From: an uncultured bacterium
GTDB lineage: Bacteria > Verrucomicrobiota > Verrucomicrobiia > Verrucomicrobiales > DEV007
DNA length: 64,000 bases
Reading direction: 5' to 3'
Assembly: GCA_963977015.1 (NCBI GenBank)
Contig: CAXBMO010000001.1
Span: 160,001 to 224,000 of the forward strand
The position numbers were made by a program, and so were the translations under genes. Below, one piece after another: positions 38,381-46,903 of this stretch (within the stretch, counting starts at the first letter, position 1; each line of letters starts with the position of its first letter). The notes under the pieces are model-generated. The model saw nothing but the letters and a program-made list of their open reading frames with translations. It made no database searches and was not told where the DNA came from.

Positions 38381-38809
38381 TCACAAAGCCCGAATCATTT
38401 TTTGATGAGGGGCTCCGGCTTCATCGTAAATCTCACCCACGGGGACGTAGCCAAGATCGGTGTAAAAAGGGACGGCGTGAGTCTGCGAACTGAGTTCGAC
38501 CTGTTTCAATCCTCTTTCTCGAGCGATGACGGCGAGAGTTTCCATCATTTGCCGACCGATTCCCAACTTTCGGTAGCTCGAAAGAACTGCGACTCGGCCA
38601 ATGTGTCCGTCCGGGAGTAGTCTGGCTGTGCCAACTGGTTGGCCCGCTTCGTTCGTAGCCAATACGTGGCAGCAATTTCCATCCTCTCCATCCAACTCAA
38701 TTTCCGGTGCAAAACCCTGTTCTTCGACAAACACCGCAAATCGTATCGCAGAGAGTTCTGCGTGGTGCGTTTGCCAATCGACGGGCTGAATTTTGAAGTC
38801 GGAACTCAC
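38381..38809 (-). CDS. GNAT acetyltransferase (ElaA/YjcF-like)
   Basis: IRFAVFVEEQG, IGRVAVL..YRKLGIG, FYTDLGY, PHQKM. Confidence 0.93.
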   Translation of the reverse strand: MSSDFKIQPVDWQTHHAELSAIRFAVFVEEQGFAPEIELDGEDGNCCHVLATNEAGQPVGTARLLPDGHIGRVAVLSSYRKLGIGRQMMETLAVIARERGLKQVELSSQTHAVPFYTDLGYVPVGEIYDEAGAPHQKMIRAL

Positions 38810-38935
38810 AAGGTGAAAAAATTGTCCTAAAAAACCTCAAAAAGTGACATTTGGCGACGTTTAAAAGGTAGTTGAAGCTCCCCGTATCCCGCTTAAAGCT
38901 TCGGCGCTCCCATTGAGCCAAGATTTAGATCAAAC

Positions 38936-39949
38936 ATGCGAGATTACTTCATCAGGCGACTCCTGCTCATTATTCCAACTTTGCTGGGGGTTACGCTGAT
39001 CGTCTTCATGATCACTCGCTTTGTTCCAGGCGGTCCGATGGAGCAGGCCCTGGCCCAGATGCGAGCGGTGCAGGTCGGGGGCGGAGGTGGCGTCGGGCAG
39101 GAAATGTCGCTCTCAGAGGACCAGCTCGAGGATCTCAAGAAGCTCTACGGCTTCGATAAGCCGGCCATTGTCGCGTATTTTCATTGGTTGGGACAGGCGC
39201 TGCAGGGCAGTCTGGGCGACTCGTTCATTTATCAGGAGCCGGTGACGAAGCTGATGGCCGAGCGCCTTCCCATCTCGGCTTACTTTGGAATCGTGACGCT
39301 CATCATCACCTACGTGGTTTGTGTCCCGCTCGGAATCGTCAAGGCGATTCAACACCAGAGTCCGATGGATAACCTGACGTCGATCCTCGTATTTGTGGGA
39401 TACGCCGTGCCGGGCTACGTCTTGGGAGTTCTGCTGCTTTACCTCTTTTCCTTCAAGCTCGGTTGGTTGCCTGCCAGTGGCTTCGTCAGCGCGGATTTCG
39501 AAGATAAAGGGTTTTTTGGGAAGGTGGGCGACCTTGTCAGTCACACCGTTCAGCCTCTCATTTGTTATCTGATCGGGAACTTCGCGTTTGTGACCTTCCT
39601 GATGAAGAATCACCTTCTGGAAAACCTGGCTGCGGATTATGTCCGGACAGCGGTTGCCAAAGGCGTGGAATTCAAAGATGCCGTTCGCATTCATGCGCTT
39701 CGGAACTCGCTGATCCCGGTGGCGACGAACCTGGGTCATCAGGTCAGCGTGCTGATTGCGGGGTCCTTCCTGATTGAAACGATTTTCGACATTGATGGAT
39801 TCGGGCTCCTCGGGTTCAAGTCAGCCTTGGATCGCGACTACCCGGTCGTGATGGGGGTCGTGCTTCTCTCGGCCGTGTTGATGATGATTGGCAACATTCT
39901 CTCTGACGTTTTGGTGGCGCTTGTAGATCCACGAATCCGATTCAAATGA
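38936..39949 (+). CDS. yejB: Peptide ABC transporter permease, YejB-like
   Basis: YFIRRLLLIIPT, FVPGGP, DYVRTAVAKG, HALRNSLIP, DPRIRF. Confidence 0.9.
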   Translation: MRDYFIRRLLLIIPTLLGVTLIVFMITRFVPGGPMEQALAQMRAVQVGGGGGVGQEMSLSEDQLEDLKKLYGFDKPAIVAYFHWLGQALQGSLGDSFIYQEPVTKLMAERLPISAYFGIVTLIITYVVCVPLGIVKAIQHQSPMDNLTSILVFVGYAVPGYVLGVLLLYLFSFKLGWLPASGFVSADFEDKGFFGKVGDLVSHTVQPLICYLIGNFAFVTFLMKNHLLENLAADYVRTAVAKGVEFKDAVRIHALRNSLIPVATNLGHQVSVLIAGSFLIETIFDIDGFGLLGFKSALDRDYPVVMGVVLLSAVLMMIGNILSDVLVALVDPRIRFK

Positions 39950-41235
39950 TTTCCTTCGACACCATTCTCCAACACGCCAAAGGCTTGTGGCCGGTGAAGG
40001 AAGAGTTCCTTGCCTGGCCGCGTTGGAGGCAAACCGCGTTCGTCGCGATCGTGTTTCTCACGGCGTGTTTCGTGGTTCACGAATTCCTGACTCCCTACCG
40101 CTGGAGTTGGGCCCATTTGGGGCGCTTGGTGCTGAAGACGTTGTTCGTCGCCGGTCTCTACTTCGTCTCCATTCGCTGGACGCCCAATCCGCTCACCGCG
40201 AAGAAACTGGAGCAGTTTCATCAGATCAAACGCGGATACTATTCCTTTCTGATCCTGGCGGGGTTGTTGGTCATCACGATTTTTGGCCCCCTCTTGATCA
40301 GCAACCGGGCGTTGGTCGTTGGATACCAGGGGAAGATCCATTTCCCGACCTACACTGCGTTTCATCCCGGAACCGATTTCGGCTTGGATTATGAGTATGA
40401 GACGAACTATCGGGACCTGAAAAAGAAGTTCAAAGAGGAGGGTGGGGGATTCGTGATTCTTCCCTTGGTTCCCTATAGCGCGATGGAAAATGACTACGGG
40501 AATGGGATTCGCCACCCCGCTCCACCCAGCGTGGAACGTCGCCATTTCCTGGGAACGGACAAAACCGGTCGCGATGTCCTGGCACGCCTCTTTTACGGAT
40601 TTCAGATCGCGATGCTTTTTACGCTGGGATTTCTTCTCTTGGTGTATGTCATCGGGATTGCCGTTGGATGTGCCATGGGGTATTTCGGGGGCGCGATCGA
40701 TCTTCTTGGGCAGCGTCTGGTGGAGATTTGGGCAAACATTCCGTTTCTCTACATGGTGATTATTTCAGTGTCGCTGGTGCCTGCCGGAGTTTCGGTTCCG
40801 GCCCGAATCGGAGTCCTCATGTTGGTGATGGTTCTCTTTTCCTGGACCACGATGACCTTCTATATGCGGACGGCGACCTATCGGGAAAAGTCCCGCGATT
40901 ACGTGGCCGCAGCGAGGATTCTTGGAGCAAGCACCCCGCGCATTATCTTTGGGCAAGTGGTGCCGAATACGATTGCCACGATCGTGACCTTTGTTCCCTT
41001 CAATCTCGCGAGCGCCATCATTACGATTACCGCGCTCGATTACCTGAACTTTGGCCTTCCGCCACCGACGCCTAGCTGGGGCGCCATGCTCAGTGAAGGC
41101 AAGTCAAACATGCAGGCGCCCTGGATTTTGCTTTCGCCCTTTTTTGCCATGATTGGAACGCTCACGCTCGTCACGTTTGTTGGCGAGGCGATTCGTGATG
41201 CCTTCGACCCCAAGAAATTTACCATCTACCGTTAA
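39946..41235 (+). CDS. yejE: Peptide ABC transporter permease, YejE-like
   Basis: LGTDKTGRDVLARL, DYVAAARILGA, FGLPPPTPSWG, GEAIRDAFDP. Confidence 0.9.
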   Translation: MISFDTILQHAKGLWPVKEEFLAWPRWRQTAFVAIVFLTACFVVHEFLTPYRWSWAHLGRLVLKTLFVAGLYFVSIRWTPNPLTAKKLEQFHQIKRGYYSFLILAGLLVITIFGPLLISNRALVVGYQGKIHFPTYTAFHPGTDFGLDYEYETNYRDLKKKFKEEGGGFVILPLVPYSAMENDYGNGIRHPAPPSVERRHFLGTDKTGRDVLARLFYGFQIAMLFTLGFLLLVYVIGIAVGCAMGYFGGAIDLLGQRLVEIWANIPFLYMVIISVSLVPAGVSVPARIGVLMLVMVLFSWTTMTFYMRTATYREKSRDYVAAARILGASTPRIIFGQVVPNTIATIVTFVPFNLASAIITITALDYLNFGLPPPTPSWGAMLSEGKSNMQAPWILLSPFFAMIGTLTLVTFVGEAIRDAFDPKKFTIYR

Positions 41236-41250
41236 CCCTCCGACTCCCCC

Positions 41251-43188
41251 ATGATGAAACTGACCTTGAAAACCCTGTGCTCTCTGATTCCGCTCGCCTT
41301 GTTTGTGGGATGTGGAGGCGAAAACGAAAAAGCTGAAGAGCCGGAAATCTCCTTCAATCTTGAAGAAGACCTGGCGAAGTTCTACGCTGACAATGCGGAT
41401 GCGTTTCAATTCAAGTCTCTCAAAGACTTGCCGGACAATCTGCAGTGGGAAAGTGGCGCCGATCAGAAGGAATTTGGTTCGCCCAATGCGAAGAAGGGCG
41501 GGACGTACAATTACTTCATGCCGGATTTTCCGCGGACTCTGAGATTGGTCGGGCCTGGCGCCAGCATGGGCTTTCGAAGCTACATGCTCGACTACAACGG
41601 TGGTCCCGGCGGGATGGGGTTGACGGCTCGTCACCCGAACACCCTGGAGCACTTTCCCTGCCTGGCGCGCGAGTGGGCAATTGGCGAAGACGGGAAGACG
41701 GTTTTCTATCGGCTTGATCCCGAAGCCCGCTATTCCGACGGCGAGCCAGTGAAGGCTGACGACTACTTCTTTCTCTTCTACTTCATGAGGAGTCCTCACA
41801 TTAAGGCCCCTTGGTACAACGATTACTTTGAGAAGAAGTATACCAACATCACCAAGTATGATGAACTGACCATCTCCGTCACTTACTCCGAAGCCAAGCC
41901 TGATATTCTTTATCGCACGTCGCTGAAGCCCTTGCCGCAGCACTTCTATAAGGACTTTGGGCCTGATTTTGAAAAGCGCTACAACTTCGAGTTTGAGCCG
42001 ACTACGGGGCCTTACGAAGTGCGTCCTGAGAATATGGATAAGGGGCGTTCCATCACGCTGACCAAGGTCAAGGACTGGTGGCTGGAGGGGCGCAAGTTTT
42101 ATCGCTATCGCTACAATGTGGACAAGATTCATCTGGAGGTTGTTCGCGAGCCGTCCAAGGCCCTGGAAATCTTCAAGCAAGGGGATATTGATATTCACGG
42201 ATTGAGTCTTCCTGACTACTGGCATCAAAAGGTTCCCGATGATTCTCCGTTGGTGCAGAATGGCTATCTTCATAAGATTACGTTCTACAATCAGGAGCCC
42301 GGGCCGGATTGGGGGTTGAGATTGAACACCTCCAAACCGCCTCTGGATAACAAGGATGTTCGGATCGGTTTGCATCACGCGATGGACTGGGATCTCGTCA
42401 TCAGGGAAGTCTTCTATGGCGACTATGTTCGCATGGAGACCGCCGAATCCGGATTTGGCGAATTCACGCCCCCTGATTTGAAGGCTCGCCGCTTCGATCC
42501 AACCAAGGCGAAGGAACACTTTGCGAAGGCGGGATTTTCCAAGATGGGACCGGACGGAATTTTGACCAACGGCAACGGCCAGCGTTTGTCGGTCACGGTG
42601 ACGACGGGTTACAAGCGCCTCGAAGACGTCTTGACCGTGCTGCAACAAGCGGCGCGCAAGGCTGGCGTGGAACTGAATCTGGAGATTCTCGAGCAAACCG
42701 CCGCTTGGAAGAAAGCGGACGAGAAGAAGCACCAGATCAACTTTGCCGCGCTGAATCGCTCGGTCGAAATGTATCCACGGTATTGGGAGATGTATCACTC
42801 CTACCACGCCTACGATGAGAATGGCAAAGTGAAGGCGAATACCAATAACGATACCCAAACCGCGCTCCCCGAACTGGATGCGCTGATCGATCAATACCGC
42901 GCATCGGCGGATAAAGAGGAGATGCTGGAGCTTTCGCATCAAATTTCTGCGATTCTGTATGATCACGCGGCGTTTATTCCCGGTTGGCGTCGGCCGTTCT
43001 ATCGCGTTGGCGTGTGGCGCTGGATGAAGTTCCCGGAGGAGACCTTTGATGCCCGGACCGCGCGGGATTTCGAAGAGATGGGCGTTTACTGGATTGATGA
43101 AGAGATCAAGAAAGAAACTCTCGAAGCGATGAAGTCGGGGAAGACCTTTCCGCCGGTGATCAAGGAATACACGACGTGGAAAGAATAG
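41251..43188 (+). CDS. yejA: Peptide ABC transporter substrate-binding lipoprotein, YejA-like
   Basis: Lipobox FVGC; SPNAKKGG, ARYSDGEPV, TGPYEV. Confidence 0.88.
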   Translation: MMKLTLKTLCSLIPLALFVGCGGENEKAEEPEISFNLEEDLAKFYADNADAFQFKSLKDLPDNLQWESGADQKEFGSPNAKKGGTYNYFMPDFPRTLRLVGPGASMGFRSYMLDYNGGPGGMGLTARHPNTLEHFPCLAREWAIGEDGKTVFYRLDPEARYSDGEPVKADDYFFLFYFMRSPHIKAPWYNDYFEKKYTNITKYDELTISVTYSEAKPDILYRTSLKPLPQHFYKDFGPDFEKRYNFEFEPTTGPYEVRPENMDKGRSITLTKVKDWWLEGRKFYRYRYNVDKIHLEVVREPSKALEIFKQGDIDIHGLSLPDYWHQKVPDDSPLVQNGYLHKITFYNQEPGPDWGLRLNTSKPPLDNKDVRIGLHHAMDWDLVIREVFYGDYVRMETAESGFGEFTPPDLKARRFDPTKAKEHFAKAGFSKMGPDGILTNGNGQRLSVTVTTGYKRLEDVLTVLQQAARKAGVELNLEILEQTAAWKKADEKKHQINFAALNRSVEMYPRYWEMYHSYHAYDENGKVKANTNNDTQTALPELDALIDQYRASADKEEMLELSHQISAILYDHAAFIPGWRRPFYRVGVWRWMKFPEETFDARTARDFEEMGVYWIDEEIKKETLEAMKSGKTFPPVIKEYTTWKE

Positions 43189-43192
43189 GACG

Positions 43193-44302
43193 ATGCCGCA
43201 AATTACCACCAACAACGAACAGACGACCGTTTGCGTCGAGCTTGGCGATCGCAGCTATGATGTGATCGTCGGATCGGGTCTTCTCGCCAATTTGGGTGAC
43301 CGCATCGCGAGTCTTTCCGGTTTGGCGAAAAGATGCGCCATCATCACCGAGGAACGCGTCGGTCCGCTCTACGGGGAAGCCGTCGCCGAGTCGCTTCAGG
43401 ACGCCGGGTTCCAGACAGAGACGATCACCGTTCCAGCGGGAGAATCCTCCAAGTCGATGAACGTGGTGACCTATATTTGCCGCGAAATGCTCAAACTCGG
43501 CTTCGACCGGAAGGCGTTCGTTGTTGCCCTGGGCGGTGGTGTGATTGGTGACCTTGCCGGGTTTTGCGCTTCTATATTCCAGCGCGGGGTTCCTTATATT
43601 CAGGTTCCGACCACGGTGCTCAGCCAAGTCGACAGTTCCGTTGGTGGCAAGACCGGTGTCAATACGCCTGAAGGCAAAAACCTCCTCGGGGCTTTCCATC
43701 AACCCAAGCTCGTGATTGCCGATGTAGACACCCTCAAAACGTTGCCGGATCGCGAGTTTCGCGAAGGGTTTGCCGAGATCATCAAGCATGCCGCCATCCG
43801 CGATGCTGAAATGATCGAGCTCATCGAAAAACAGGGGGACGACCGAACCGGGATCACCGAATTGATCGCTCGCAACGTCGCGCTCAAAGCGGGCGTCGTC
43901 GAAGAGGACGAGCGCGAAACATCGGGAACCCGGGCGCTCCTGAACTTTGGCCATACCGTCGGTCATGGCGTCGAAGCCGCGGCCGGCTATGGCGAGTTGC
44001 TCCATGGCGAAGCCATCAGCATTGGGATCATGGCGGCTCTGCGCCTCTCCACCAAACTTTCCGGACTCAAACCAGCCGAGGCCGAGCGTGTGGAAAAGCT
44101 GCTTCAACAGTTCAGCCTTCCCCGCACTTTGCCGGGCACCTTCCGGACCAACGCCATCATCGACCTGATGATGCGAGACAAAAAGTTCTCCGAAGGCGCG
44201 ATTCGGTTCGTCCTTCTCAAAGAGTTGGGAAGCGCCTTCGTCAGCAGTGACGTCACGCTCGAGGAGATTCGGGCGGAGATCGATCGGCTGATTGTGGTCT
44301 AG
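43193..44302 (+). CDS. aroB: 3-dehydroquinate synthase
   Basis: ALGGGVIGDLAGF, PTTVLSQVDSSVGGKTGVN, LNFGHTVGH, LHGEAI. Confidence 0.98.
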   Translation: MPQITTNNEQTTVCVELGDRSYDVIVGSGLLANLGDRIASLSGLAKRCAIITEERVGPLYGEAVAESLQDAGFQTETITVPAGESSKSMNVVTYICREMLKLGFDRKAFVVALGGGVIGDLAGFCASIFQRGVPYIQVPTTVLSQVDSSVGGKTGVNTPEGKNLLGAFHQPKLVIADVDTLKTLPDREFREGFAEIIKHAAIRDAEMIELIEKQGDDRTGITELIARNVALKAGVVEEDERETSGTRALLNFGHTVGHGVEAAAGYGELLHGEAISIGIMAALRLSTKLSGLKPAEAERVEKLLQQFSLPRTLPGTFRTNAIIDLMMRDKKFSEGAIRFVLLKELGSAFVSSDVTLEEIRAEIDRLIVV

Positions 44303-44394
44303 CTTGCGCGAAGGCGCAGGCTTTGCGGTGAAAATTCAGTTTGGCGCGAATCGGGACTCGACCTTTTGGGGATACTGTTCGAAGTCTCTCCGCT

Positions 44395-45393
44395 ATGAGG
44401 CATTTCCACGTTTTTATCCTTACCCTTGGTTTCTTCTTCTCCCCGGTTCAGGCGCAAACCATTGACTTCCACTTTCAACTCTTTGAGCTCGATGACGCCA
44501 TCGCCGATGCGCTGCAACCACGCTTGATTGACGGTGGTCCGACCGCCGCCCAGACGATGGCCAAGATGCAGGACTTCGTGCGTCAACGTCGGGTGGGCCT
44601 GGAGGCTGACTTCAATATCCAAACCGCCTCCGGCCAACGCGCCAAAGGCACCTCCAGCCAGAAAACGCTTGAACTGGAGGACGAAAGAGAGGTGACCGAC
44701 GGGCTTCAAATCGAACTCGACCCGGTTCTAGATGCCTCCGCCAGCGTCGTGGACCTCAACCTCGCGGCGGAATACGCCCAACGCGATGGGGGCGATGTCA
44801 AGATCCGGCGTCTCACCACGTCCAGCCTTCTCAAAGTCGGCATTCCTGCGTTGCTCACCCGTTGGCAGGAAGGTGACGAGATCCTCTTCCTCATTGTCAC
44901 GGCAACCCATCCCGGGCCTCAAAGCGCCCCCGCCAAGCCCAATCGTCAGATCTTCATCGACGCCGCCATGTATGAATCAGATGCGGATGCCCAAGCCCAG
45001 CGCGATCCTGTCGCCCGTGTTGTCTTTCCCTCCCGGAGCGGCCAACGCGCGCGCAATGAGATCAGTGTGCCGATGTTCTTCGAAACCGGCGGCGGGTTGG
45101 AAGTCCACAACTTGGGCTACCATGTGGAGGTCGATCCCGTGATCGGGGTCGACGGATCCACCATCGATCTCGCCGCCTCCCTTTCCCACGGCAACAAGCG
45201 CGGCGGATCCGAGCGTCTTGCCGACGGCACCCGTCTCCCCAAAGTGGAGATTCGCACCAGCAACGCCAGCCAACAGCTGACCGACGGCCAATCCAAACTC
45301 TCCGCCGTGCTGCAAACCACGCTCGGCGGCGCGCAATCCGCAGCCGACACCTGGAAAGCGAACCTCGGCGTCAAGATCCAGACCTTGCAGTAG
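44395..45393 (+). CDS. Exported protein with two secretin-like beta-hairpin repeats
   Basis: Signal peptide; TASGQRAK...GLQIELDPVLDASASVVDLNL and SRSGQRAR...GYHVEVDPVIGVDGSTIDL. Confidence 0.7.
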   Translation: MRHFHVFILTLGFFFSPVQAQTIDFHFQLFELDDAIADALQPRLIDGGPTAAQTMAKMQDFVRQRRVGLEADFNIQTASGQRAKGTSSQKTLELEDEREVTDGLQIELDPVLDASASVVDLNLAAEYAQRDGGDVKIRRLTTSSLLKVGIPALLTRWQEGDEILFLIVTATHPGPQSAPAKPNRQIFIDAAMYESDADAQAQRDPVARVVFPSRSGQRARNEISVPMFFETGGGLEVHNLGYHVEVDPVIGVDGSTIDLAASLSHGNKRGGSERLADGTRLPKVEIRTSNASQQLTDGQSKLSAVLQTTLGGAQSAADTWKANLGVKIQTLQ

Positions 45394-45484
45394 GTCGGTC
45401 GATGATCTTGAAGAACTCATCACCATCAAACACCCTCGTTCCGGCATTGCCAAGCCGAGCCCAATCCCTTATTCTTCACAGCCG

Positions 45485-45661
45485 ATGAAAGCATTGTTCA
45501 GTTTCGCCATCTTGATCGTCAGCCTCATGGGGCTGCAGAGTTGCGCCGTGGCCACCGCCCCGGTCAAAATCGGCACCAAAGCCGCCACCACCACCATCGG
45601 CGTGGCCGGGAAAACGGTCGGGACCGGCCTTGAGATCCTGGACGCACCGTTTGAGGATTAG
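45485..45661 (+). CDS. 58-aa lipoprotein below the ORF-track cutoff
   Basis: MKALFSFAILIVSLMGLQSC lipobox followed by AVATAPVKIGTKAATTTIGVAGKTVG. Confidence 0.8.
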   Translation: MKALFSFAILIVSLMGLQSCAVATAPVKIGTKAATTTIGVAGKTVGTGLEILDAPFED

Positions 45662-45859
45662 ACTGGCAGGGAGTTGCCACTCACTATTGGAATATAGTTC
45701 ATAAAGAGGTTATGGTATGTATGAAGTTTTCGGCTGGTTCGTGAGCTGACGAATTGCCTTTGCCGAGATTTTGTTCTTGTTAGCGTTTTGATTCGCGCTA
45801 TCTGAAAGGTCATCAGGTGATCGACTGTATCCCTGGTGATTGTTCCTGTTTTTATCGTT

Positions 45860-46750
45860 ATGAACGAACTGCCCACCCAAAATTCTGATTCTGCCAAGAA
45901 TTCCTCTCCCAAGTTGGTCTCCATCTGGCTGAACGGGAAGCTGGTGGAGCGTAGTGAGGCTGCGGTGTCGCCGTTTGATCACGGGTTTCTGACTGGAGAT
46001 GGCGTTTTTGAGACGATGAAGACGTATGGCGGCAGGCCGTTCGAGTATGACCGGCATTATCGCCGCCTCGCGAATGCGGCGAAGGTGTTTGGCCTGACGA
46101 TGCCGAGTTCGGAGGCGCTTTTGGAGGCGATCAACGCGGTGTTGCTGGCGAATGGCGAGGAGAAGGCGGATGTGCGTTTGCGGGTGACGTTGACCGGCGG
46201 TGAAGCGCCGTTGGGAAGTGAGAAGGGGGCGGCCGAAGAGACGCTGGTCGTTGCGAGCGGCGCCTTGCCCGATCATCCGGAAACGGGTGCCGTGGTGACG
46301 GTGCCCTATTGCCGCAATGAGCGTGGAGCCTTGGTGGGCCTGAAGACGACGTCGTATGGCGAAAACGTGATCGCGCTGAAGACGGCGAAGGAGCAGGGGG
46401 CGAATGAGGCGATTTTTCCGAACACGCAGGGGCATCTTTGCGAAGGGACGGGATCGAATATCTTTTTGGTGCTGGATGGCCAGTTGATTACGCCGCCGTT
46501 GAGTGCGGGTTGCCTGACGGGAGTGACGCGGGCGGTGGTGCTGGAGCTTTGCGAGAAACTGGGGATCGAGGTGAAGGAAATCGATGTTCCGATTGAGCAG
46601 TTGGCAAAGGCTGACGAGGCGTTCCTGAGTTCAACGCTGCGTGAGATTCTGCCGATCAGCGCGGTGGACGGAGTTGCGCTCACCTTTCCCGGGCCGATCT
46701 CGCTCCGGATCCGCGAGGCGTTTCAAGAGATGGTCGCTTCGGTGCGATAG
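45860..46750 (+). CDS. Class IV PLP aminotransferase (IlvE/PabC-like)
   Basis: DHGFLTGDGVFET, GLKTTSY, EGTGSNIF, CLTGVTR. Confidence 0.95.
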   Translation: MNELPTQNSDSAKNSSPKLVSIWLNGKLVERSEAAVSPFDHGFLTGDGVFETMKTYGGRPFEYDRHYRRLANAAKVFGLTMPSSEALLEAINAVLLANGEEKADVRLRVTLTGGEAPLGSEKGAAEETLVVASGALPDHPETGAVVTVPYCRNERGALVGLKTTSYGENVIALKTAKEQGANEAIFPNTQGHLCEGTGSNIFLVLDGQLITPPLSAGCLTGVTRAVVLELCEKLGIEVKEIDVPIEQLAKADEAFLSSTLREILPISAVDGVALTFPGPISLRIREAFQEMVASVR

Positions 46751-46903
46751 ACGCCTTGGGCGTTTTCGGGGCAAGAGAATGGCTTGATCTTTGGGAATCC
46801 ACTGGGTAGGTAACCTTCCCCTGGATATGATTCCTGCGTTTCTGGCTTTACCCCTTACCAGTCGCGTTTCTTTAAACTTGGCTGAGATGTCCGATCCAAT
46901 CTC

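Noticed and set aside
41104-43215. 703-aa minus-strand ORF (likewise 36580-38271, 50236-51801 and 223-834)
   Set aside because: Antisense shadows of recognisable genes on the opposite strand.
45664-45677. Sigma54-like TGGCA...TTGC
   Set aside because: GG-to-GC spacing is 9 nt, not the required 10.
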